From contig NZ_LWLG01000002.1 of the NCBI RefSeq assembly GCF_001652585.1, positions 150,001-182,000 of the forward strand: 32,000 nucleotides of DNA, in the 5' to 3' direction. The translations under genes and the position numbers were made by a program. Origin of the DNA: Thermosulfurimonas dismutans. Lineage in GTDB: Bacteria; Desulfobacterota; Thermodesulfobacteria; Thermodesulfobacteriales; Thermodesulfobacteriaceae. Below the pieces are notes generated by a model, which saw nothing but the letters and a program-made list of their open reading frames with translations, did not search any database and was not told the origin of the DNA. Positions 18,045 through 24,813 of the stretch are shown in pieces (positions within the stretch are counted from its first letter, which is position 1; each line of letters begins with the position of its first letter).

Positions 18045-19952
18045 ATGAAAAAAGTCAAAGAGAAAAAAATCGAAGAAATGAGTATCGATCCAGCCGTTCA
18101 GGAAATTTTACAATTAGCCTCGGAAAAAGGCTATGAAACGGTTTGGGATAGACTGAATTCCCAATCTCCCCACTGTAAGTTCGGTCTGAATGGTCTCTGC
18201 TGCAAAAACTGCATTATGGGGCCATGTAGAATTACGCCAAAAACTACGACCGGGGTCTGCGGGGCCGAAGCGGACACCATTGTTGCCCGCAATATAGTGC
18301 GTGGTATTGCCGCAGGAGTGGCGGCCCATTCTGATCACGGTAGAGCGGTAGCCATTCTCCTAAAAGAAGTAGCCTGCCAAGAAAACAAAGATTACACAAT
18401 ATTTGATACCGAAAAACTTAAAGCCGTGGCCACCAAACTGGGAGTTGATACTGATAGAGATATTCATGAAATCGCCAAGGATGTAGCTGAGATTGCTCTT
18501 AAGGATTTTGGAAAGCAGGACGATAAACCGCTCAAATTCCTTGCCTCTTATGCCCCGAAAAAAAGACTAGAACGGTGGCTGGATTTAGAGAAAAAACTTT
18601 ACTCTGAGACCGACAAGAAAACGGGGGTTATTCCGCGAAATATTGACCGAGAAGTGGCTGACAGTATGCACCGCACCACTATGGGAGTCGATCACGATCC
18701 TCTTTCTTTGTTGATTCAAGGCGTAAGAGCCTCTCTTGCCGATGGATGGGGAGGATCTTTAATCGCTACCGAACTTCAGGACATCCTTTTTGGCACTCCT
18801 CGGATCAGAACTATCATGGCTAACCTTGGAGTAATCTCTCCAGATCATATCAACATCGTGATCCACGGACACGAGCCCATCCTATCTGAAAAAGTAGTTG
18901 AAATCGCAAATACTCCCGACATGCAGAAGTTGGCCCAGGAATATGGAGCTAAAGGAATCAATGTCGTAGGTATGTGCTGCACAGGAAATGAAATCCTAAT
19001 GAGACAGGGAGTACCAGTAGCGGGAAATGAACTCCATCAGGAACTGGCCATCCTGACCGGAGCCGTAGAAGCTATAGTAGTAGATGTCCAGTGTATCTAT
19101 CCTGCTCTAGGCAAGTTGGCCAAATGTTTCCATACGAAGTTCATTTCGACCAGCGATCGAGCCAAATTTCCGGGATCGCTTCACATACAGTTTGAAGAAG
19201 AACACGCCAACGAGGTGGCCAAAAAGATCGTTAAAACCGCTATCGAAGCCTTTCCGAAAAGAGATAAAAGAAAAGTACACATACCATCTTTCAAATCTGA
19301 AGCCGTAGTGGGTTTCAGTAATGAACAACTCCTAAAAATTCTTGGTGGCAGTCTAAAACCCCTTGTCGATGCTATACTGGCCGGAGACATCAAAGGAATA
19401 GCGGGTATCGTAGGATGCAATAATCCTAAAGTAAAACACGACTATTACCATGTTACTTTAACCAAAGAATTAATTAAACGAGATATCCTTGTTATCGGAA
19501 CAGGATGTTGGGCCATCGCAGCCGCAAAGGCCGGATTAATGCGTATTGAAACTCAAGAACTGGCCGGAGAAAGGCTAAGAAAAGTCTGCAAAGCTTTGAA
19601 TATTCCGCCGGTCATTCACATGGGCTCGTGCGTAGATTGTTCCCGAATGCTTACCCTAGCAGGTGCTATTGCAGATTATCTTGAGGCCGATATATCAGAC
19701 CTTCCATTGGTTGGATCGGCACCTGAATGGACTACCGAAAAGGCGGTCTCTATTGGAACCTATTTTGTAGCTTCTGGAGTCCCTGTTCATCTTTGGCCTG
19801 CTCCTCCTATTTCGGGTAGCCCCAAAGTGGTAAGCCTTTTGACCCAAGAAATTAAAAATCTCTTAGGCGGTTACTTTTTTGTAGAAGAGGACCCGATCAA
19901 AACTGTGGACATCATGGAAGCGATAATTCAGGAAAAAAGAAAAGCCTTATGA
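18045..19952 (+). CDS. cooS: Anaerobic Ni,Fe carbon monoxide dehydrogenase catalytic subunit
   Basis: 635 aa. The N-terminal B/D-cluster motif is CKFGLNGLCCKNCIMGPCRI. C-cluster ligand contexts are HGHEP, GMCCTGNE, DVQC, GCNNP, GTGCW and MGSCVDCSR. A strong AAGGAGG SD is present. Confidence 0.92.
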   Translation: MKKVKEKKIEEMSIDPAVQEILQLASEKGYETVWDRLNSQSPHCKFGLNGLCCKNCIMGPCRITPKTTTGVCGAEADTIVARNIVRGIAAGVAAHSDHGRAVAILLKEVACQENKDYTIFDTEKLKAVATKLGVDTDRDIHEIAKDVAEIALKDFGKQDDKPLKFLASYAPKKRLERWLDLEKKLYSETDKKTGVIPRNIDREVADSMHRTTMGVDHDPLSLLIQGVRASLADGWGGSLIATELQDILFGTPRIRTIMANLGVISPDHINIVIHGHEPILSEKVVEIANTPDMQKLAQEYGAKGINVVGMCCTGNEILMRQGVPVAGNELHQELAILTGAVEAIVVDVQCIYPALGKLAKCFHTKFISTSDRAKFPGSLHIQFEEEHANEVAKKIVKTAIEAFPKRDKRKVHIPSFKSEAVVGFSNEQLLKILGGSLKPLVDAILAGDIKGIAGIVGCNNPKVKHDYYHVTLTKELIKRDILVIGTGCWAIAAAKAGLMRIETQELAGERLRKVCKALNIPPVIHMGSCVDCSRMLTLAGAIADYLEADISDLPLVGSAPEWTTEKAVSIGTYFVASGVPVHLWPAPPISGSPKVVSLLTQEIKNLLGGYFFVEEDPIKTVDIMEAIIQEKRKAL

Positions 19953-19979
19953 AAAGGCTTAATCTGCATATAGAATTTA

Positions 19980-20025
19980 GACAGGGCAGATGCTATAATT
20001 TAAAAAATATCTGCCCTGTCTTTTT
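19980..20025 (+). terminator. Rho-independent terminator downstream of cooS
   Basis: A perfect 12-bp stem pairs GACAGGGCAGAT (19980-19991) with ATCTGCCCTGTC (20009-20020). The loop is 17 nt and is followed by TTTTT (20021-20025). Confidence 0.7.
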
Positions 20026-20030
20026 AAAAA

Positions 20031-20729
20031 ATGTTTTCTGTAATATTGAATTATTTGCGCCATAGTTTTAATGTAGGAATAGTTATTTTCGACGAAAAAT
20101 TTAATATTCTTTGTACTAATGAAACCATAGGAAAAATCGTAGACTTCCATTTTAGTCATGACAATTTGATAAACCTTTTTGATATCCATTCAGAGGAAGC
20201 CTTCAAAAAAATAAAACAAATGGTAAAAGAAGCCAGAAATGATCGCAGAAGCGATAATTATGTTTTAAAAATCTTTTCCAAAAAAGGAGAACGAGATACA
20301 ATTTTACTCGGAAAAGTCTTTCTCCTTGACAGTCAATGTCAAAACCAATTTATCGCTTTGCTTTATGATGTCACAGATCTAGTAATGGAAGGGCACAAAA
20401 CTATCGTAAAATTACCTGCCTATGAAGGCAATGATCTTCTCCTTTTAAATGTAGAAAATATACATTTTTTGAAAGCTGCAGGGAATTATACTGAGATTTT
20501 TTGTGATAACAAGATATATTTGAGTCCTCTTTCTATGGCTAAAATAGAAAAAAAGTTAGATCCTCGTCAATTCATCAGAATTCATAGGAGCTTCATTGTA
20601 AACATTGACAAAGTGAAAAAACTCATCAAAGCAGATGGCAAATATCGCGTTTTATTACAAAACGATCACAACTTACCTCTAAGCCGAAATAAAACTGATA
20701 CTTTTCTAGAAATGTTTGGTTTGAAATAG
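20031..20729 (+). CDS. Single-component PAS-LytTR transcriptional regulator, RcoM-like (candidate CO-responsive regulator)
   Basis: The C-terminal LytTR domain is LLLLNVENIHFLKAAGNYTEIF...FIRIHRSFIVNIDKV. The N-terminal 120 aa or so is PAS-like (VGIVIFDEKFNILCTNET...). There is no receiver domain. It lies immediately downstream of cooS. Confidence 0.65.
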   Translation: MFSVILNYLRHSFNVGIVIFDEKFNILCTNETIGKIVDFHFSHDNLINLFDIHSEEAFKKIKQMVKEARNDRRSDNYVLKIFSKKGERDTILLGKVFLLDSQCQNQFIALLYDVTDLVMEGHKTIVKLPAYEGNDLLLLNVENIHFLKAAGNYTEIFCDNKIYLSPLSMAKIEKKLDPRQFIRIHRSFIVNIDKVKKLIKADGKYRVLLQNDHNLPLSRNKTDTFLEMFGLK

Positions 20730-20827
20730 TATATCTCTTTGGCGTAGGCTAGATTAACAAACTGGAAGGCTATATGATTTCGAAATACCCTTGCCTTCCT
20801 TCACAAAGAAAGCTATTTTAAACAAAA

Positions 20828-22351
20828 ATGGCGCCCTTTAGGCTTTCTCTCCCCTGCAAAGGACTGGCTTGTAAAATTCTTTGCGGAAGTGGATTGGCAA
20901 TTCTAATCCCTTTTATTTTCTTTTTCGTCTTTCTGAGATATCACGACCAAAAATGGATGGAATATGAACTTCGATCACAAGCCAGGGCTATTTATAGGTT
21001 GATAACTGTTACTAGACAATGGATATCATGGCATGGAGGTATTTATATTAAAAATGATGACAATTTTCAACTTTTAACTCCTTCGCACTTTGTAAGAGAT
21101 CTTTCTTTGTTTTCCAAAAACAATCTACCTTATACTATAAAAATAGCCGTAGAAAATCCCAAAAATCCAGCTCATGAACCGGATGAGTTTGAAAAAAAAG
21201 CTATAGAAATTTTCAAAAATAGAGGACGTGAATATTGGAAACTAGAAAAAAATCTTTATAGATATGCAGCTCCCCTTACGTTTAAAACCGAATGTTTAAG
21301 TTGTCACCGATGGTCCAAAGAAAAGACTATTGCAGGCTGCATAAGCATTTTATTATCTACAGATAAAATCAAGCAACATTTAATTGAAAGACGGCGCATA
21401 ATAAATACTTTCTTTATTTTAACGTTTGCTTCAATGATAATTAGCCTGTCATTACTTATTAGAAAGTGGGTTTTAAATCCTCTAAATAAATTCAAAGTCG
21501 CAACTCAAAAAATAAAAGAAAGAAAATATATACAGGTAGAAATAAAAACAGAAGACGAATGGCATGAACTAGCAGAAACGTTCAACGATATGATCAATAA
21601 AATTAGGAACCATCAAGAAGAATTAGAAGCAAAGATCAGAGAAGCTACAGAAAAGTTGAGGACTGCGTACGAAGAGCTAAAGAAAACCGATCAATTTAAG
21701 AGTGAATTTTTTTCAAACATTTCCCATGACCTAAAAACTCCTTTAAGTGCCATCAAAGGCACTATTGACTTTCTCCTCCGAAAAAATCCCCATGATCAGC
21801 ATTTATTGATTGCTCAAAAGAATGTTCACAAACTACTCCAAATGATTAACACCATCCTAGACATTACAAGATTAGAGCACGGACAACTGGAATTAAATAA
21901 GGAGCTTTTCGATTTGCGGGAACTTGTTGAGGAGGCCTGCGTAGCCCATCAGCCTTTGGCCTGGGAAAAAGACATCAAAATCTCCTGGGAAATACCTCCT
22001 CATCCTTTGTGGGTTGAGATTGATCCTGAAAGGATGTACGGTGTAATTTCAAACCTTATCGATAATGCCGTCCGATTTTCTCCCCCCAATACTGAAGTCA
22101 TAGTTAGAGCTTTCAAGGAAAACGATAACCGTGTTCTTTTAGAGGTGGAAGATTACGGTCCTGGAATAAACTCGGAAGAAAAAAATCGTATCTTTGAAAA
22201 ATTTTATCATAAACGTTCGGGAGGATTGGGTTTGGGATTAGCCATAAGTTATGGTATTATAAAGGCCCACGGAGGAGATATTTGGGTAAAGGACCCGGAA
22301 GGCCACAAAGGAAGTATTTTTGTTATAACTTTACCCCTAAAAAATGCCTAA
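20828..22351 (+). CDS. Sensor histidine kinase with a periplasmic c-haem (CXXCH) DUF3365/Tll0287-like sensor domain, HAMP, HisKA and HATPase_c
   Basis: Two TMs flank a 155-aa or so periplasmic domain containing YRYAAPLTFKTECLSCH (CXXCH at nt 21293-21307). It also has the H-box FFSNISHDLKTPL, the N-box NLIDNAVRFSP and the G-box GGLGLGLAISYG. Confidence 0.85.
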   Translation: MAPFRLSLPCKGLACKILCGSGLAILIPFIFFFVFLRYHDQKWMEYELRSQARAIYRLITVTRQWISWHGGIYIKNDDNFQLLTPSHFVRDLSLFSKNNLPYTIKIAVENPKNPAHEPDEFEKKAIEIFKNRGREYWKLEKNLYRYAAPLTFKTECLSCHRWSKEKTIAGCISILLSTDKIKQHLIERRRIINTFFILTFASMIISLSLLIRKWVLNPLNKFKVATQKIKERKYIQVEIKTEDEWHELAETFNDMINKIRNHQEELEAKIREATEKLRTAYEELKKTDQFKSEFFSNISHDLKTPLSAIKGTIDFLLRKNPHDQHLLIAQKNVHKLLQMINTILDITRLEHGQLELNKELFDLRELVEEACVAHQPLAWEKDIKISWEIPPHPLWVEIDPERMYGVISNLIDNAVRFSPPNTEVIVRAFKENDNRVLLEVEDYGPGINSEEKNRIFEKFYHKRSGGLGLGLAISYGIIKAHGGDIWVKDPEGHKGSIFVITLPLKNA

Positions 22352-23030
22352 AGAACGCATCCTTCTCATAGAAGACGATCCGGACTTGCAGAAAATACTG
22401 AGTTCCCAATTTGAACTCGATAATTATACGGTAGAAGTAGCTGGCAGTGGCAAAGAAGCCCTTGAAAAAATAAAAGACTTTCAACCCGAACTTATTATTC
22501 TGGATCTCAACCTTCCCGACACCGATGGTCTCAAACTCTGTAAAAGTTTGCGCTCTATCACCAAGGCCCCTATTATCATCCTTACGGTAAGGGATAACCT
22601 TTCGGACAAACTAAAAGGGTTTGAAATGGGGGCCGACGACTACCTCACCAAGCCCTTCGAATATCTTGAACTGGAGGCCAGGGTCCGTGCCTGCCTGCGC
22701 CGGGCGAGGCTCATAAGTCCCCAAAAAGAAGAACTTGACTTCGGGCACTTTAAGGTCATCCCCGCTAAACGGGAGGTATGGGTAAAGGACCAAAAGGTTC
22801 ACCTTACCAGGAAAGAGTATGATCTATTAGAACTATTCATCTCCCATCCTGGCGAGGTCTTAAGTCGCGACTTTATCAAGCAGGAAATCTGGCCCAATAA
22901 AGAGATTTATCCCTGGAGCCGCACTTTAGATGTCCATATCAAAAGACTACGAGAAAAGATCGAACCCGACCCCGAAAATCCTAGATATATCATTACTCAC
23001 CCTGGAGTGGGTTATCGTTTTGAACCTTAG
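22344..23030 (+). CDS. OmpR/PhoB-family response regulator
   Basis: The receiver has the LIILDLNLPDTDG acceptor Asp and a KPF motif. The winged-helix output contains LTRKEYDLLELF and GVGYRF. It overlaps the kinase stop by 8 nt. Confidence 0.9.
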   Translation: MPKERILLIEDDPDLQKILSSQFELDNYTVEVAGSGKEALEKIKDFQPELIILDLNLPDTDGLKLCKSLRSITKAPIIILTVRDNLSDKLKGFEMGADDYLTKPFEYLELEARVRACLRRARLISPQKEELDFGHFKVIPAKREVWVKDQKVHLTRKEYDLLELFISHPGEVLSRDFIKQEIWPNKEIYPWSRTLDVHIKRLREKIEPDPENPRYIITHPGVGYRFEP

Positions 23031-23880
23031 AATTTCCAGTTTTAGATTTTTCATTTAAGGGTTTTAAATAATAATTTCTTTTCCAGTAGAAACTCAAAGC
23101 TCCAGTAGGACAGTAATCCACACATTCCCCACAATTCCAGCAATAAGGACTATAAGAACCTCCTCGATTGACGGGTAATCCCATAGGGCACACCTTTTCG
23201 CATATTCCACATTGGGTACATTTCTTACTTCTCAGTCTAACTTTCAACTTTCTTTTATGTCCAATGAAGGATAGCAACCCTCCTAAGGGACAAAAATATC
23301 GGCAATAAAAACGACGGGTAAAAAGATGTAAAAAAAGGATGAGCAGTACTATGAGACCTTCCAGAGCTAAAGAATGAAAAATAATACCCAACATGAGTTC
23401 TCGACCGACAAGACCAGGAGGAGAAATAAAAACAAAAATAGGGAAACCCAATATCATAGAAAGAACAAACTCTCCAATCAAAGCAAACCAAATAATTTTC
23501 AAGGCAAGAACAATCTTATCCTTCCACGTAAGAGGATTAAAATTAAAAAATTTTTTTCTTATTAAATCAATAGTTTCATGCAGAAAACTAATTGGACAAA
23601 TCCAAGAACAAAAGACACGCCCTAAATAGAAAGCTACTATAATAGGTATAGATATTCCAATAAGGGAGGGCAAATAAACATACTTAGAAATCAACAAACT
23701 CTCCAAACCTTCGAGAGGAGAAACAATCCATAACCTGCCTATCCCAAGAGATTGATACCATCCTTGAACGAAAGTGAAGTGAAAATACAAGTTAAGAATA
23801 GGAGTCAATAAGATCAACAAAAAAGCTGCACTTAAAGAAAGGTAACGCCATTTACGATATTTTGTCCGTTTTCTAGGCAT
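22993..23880 (-). CDS. napH: NapH-type membrane quinol dehydrogenase subunit (polytopic, 2x[4Fe-4S])
   Basis: It has four TMs with CSWICP and CRYFCPLGG motifs. The C-terminal ferredoxin motifs are CTQCGICEKVCP and CWNCGECVDYCP. It follows napG with a TAATG overlap. Confidence 0.8.
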   Translation of the reverse strand: MPRKRTKYRKWRYLSLSAAFLLILLTPILNLYFHFTFVQGWYQSLGIGRLWIVSPLEGLESLLISKYVYLPSLIGISIPIIVAFYLGRVFCSWICPISFLHETIDLIRKKFFNFNPLTWKDKIVLALKIIWFALIGEFVLSMILGFPIFVFISPPGLVGRELMLGIIFHSLALEGLIVLLILFLHLFTRRFYCRYFCPLGGLLSFIGHKRKLKVRLRSKKCTQCGICEKVCPMGLPVNRGGSYSPYCWNCGECVDYCPTGALSFYWKRNYYLKPLNEKSKTGNSKVQNDNPLQGE

Positions 23881-24443
23881 TATTTTGAAGCCTTAAAGGC
23901 ATAAATTGGCTCTATAACTATAGCCTTTGGTTTTACAGGACAAGAATAGGTACAAAGACCACAGCCCACACAGGCCTCTGGAACAACTATCGGACGCAAA
24001 CGGTCCAACTTAATAGCCTGTTCTTTAAAAGGACAAGCGTTATAACAAGATCGACATATACCCGTTCCGTTCCAGGTTACACATAAGCGTCTGTTCACTC
24101 GAGCAAGTCCCATACGGACTTCTTTCTGAGAGACCTTTTGTAAAGTTCCTGTGGGACACACCTTTACACATCGCATGCACAAATAACAGGGGATCTTTTC
24201 GGCATAGATTACGGGAGTACCGGCATAAAATCCATGCTTGATATCCAAAATCTTTATGCTCCTATAAGGACAACTCTCGGCACAGCGCCCACATCGAATA
24301 CAACGAGAAGCAAAAAAATCCTCGGGGATGGCTCCTGGAGGCCTTAACACGTTAGTTTTAATCGGAGAAGATGTAAATTCTCCCGGAGCACATCCTACTA
24401 AAATTCCCGTGGCCAAAAATTTTAAAAACAATCTCCGATCCAT
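23880..24443 (-). CDS. napG: NapG-type periplasmic ferredoxin (Tat signal, 4x[4Fe-4S])
   Basis: It has the twin-arginine leader MDRRLFLKF. The four Cys clusters are CIRCGRCAESCP, CYLCMRCVKVCP, CRSCYNACP and CVGCGLCTYSCP. Confidence 0.8.
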   Translation of the reverse strand: MDRRLFLKFLATGILVGCAPGEFTSSPIKTNVLRPPGAIPEDFFASRCIRCGRCAESCPYRSIKILDIKHGFYAGTPVIYAEKIPCYLCMRCVKVCPTGTLQKVSQKEVRMGLARVNRRLCVTWNGTGICRSCYNACPFKEQAIKLDRLRPIVVPEACVGCGLCTYSCPVKPKAIVIEPIYAFKASK

Positions 24444-24731
24444 TTACTCCTTCCAAGGCCTCTCTGGGACGTATTCTCCTTTCTCTATTCGTTCAACCTC
24501 GTCTTCCACATTGAAATAAGCTACATTAACCGAAAGCACCCCTTCTATCTTTTTAGGCCATTCCTTTACTTCTTTTTCCATTTCCTCAAAAGTATCCCCT
24601 TCATAAACCACTACCATTTCTCCCTTATCGTTCCAGCCGTGTATCTCCAATCCGGAAACTTTAGAAAGGGAAGATTTTACTTCTTCCAATTTCTCAGGAA
24701 TGAAACAGATCACCAAACCGGCAACAGGCAT
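24444..24731 (-). CDS. napD: NapD-like Tat-proofreading chaperone for NapA
   Basis: About 95 aa with the pattern VAGLVICF...VSGLEIHGWNDKGEMVVVYEG...IEGVLSVNVAYF, as in the NapD ferredoxin-like fold. I chose the ATG at 24731, preceded by GAGGTGAGGTG. The longer GTG start at 24776 would lie inside a terminator hairpin. Confidence 0.65.
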   Translation of the reverse strand: MPVAGLVICFIPEKLEEVKSSLSKVSGLEIHGWNDKGEMVVVYEGDTFEEMEKEVKEWPKKIEGVLSVNVAYFNVEDEVERIEKGEYVPERPWKE

Positions 24732-24747
24732 TTTCACCTCACCTCTC

Positions 24748-24773
24748 AAAAAAAGCCGGGCATAAAGCCCGGC
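24748..24773 (-). terminator. Canonical intrinsic terminator between napA and napD (minus strand)
   Basis: The minus strand reads GCCGGGC-TTTAT-GCCCGGC followed by TTTTTTT. The napD SD and ATG come immediately after it. Confidence 0.6.
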
Positions 24774-24784
24774 CACGCATCCAA

Positions 24785-24810
24785 AAGGGCGGGGGACATC
24801 CCCCGCCCTT
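24785..24810 (-). promoter_or_regulatory. GC-rich stem-loop immediately 3' of the napA stop
   Basis: An 11-bp perfect stem pairs AAGGGCGGGGG with CCCCCGCCCTT around a 4-nt loop. It starts 3 nt after the napA stop codon. Confidence 0.5.
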
Positions 24811-24813
24811 GGC

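Noticed and set aside
20781-20817. The inverted repeat GGAAGGC...GCCTTCC upstream of the histidine kinase, considered as an operator or terminator.
   Set aside because: The stem is only 7 bp with a loop of about 22 nt and no U-tract. It is too weak and could easily arise by chance.
24732-24776. N-terminally extended starts given by the ORF track: NapD (GTG 24776), the hypothetical protein (29833), PilM (7052), RsmA (13606), the GATase (11894), the TolB-like gene (10827), NapM (27651) and the octahaem gene (TTG 31466).
   Set aside because: In each case an internal ATG has a good SD at proper spacing and begins the recognisable signal peptide or conserved N-terminus. The extensions also overlap hairpins or neighbouring genes.
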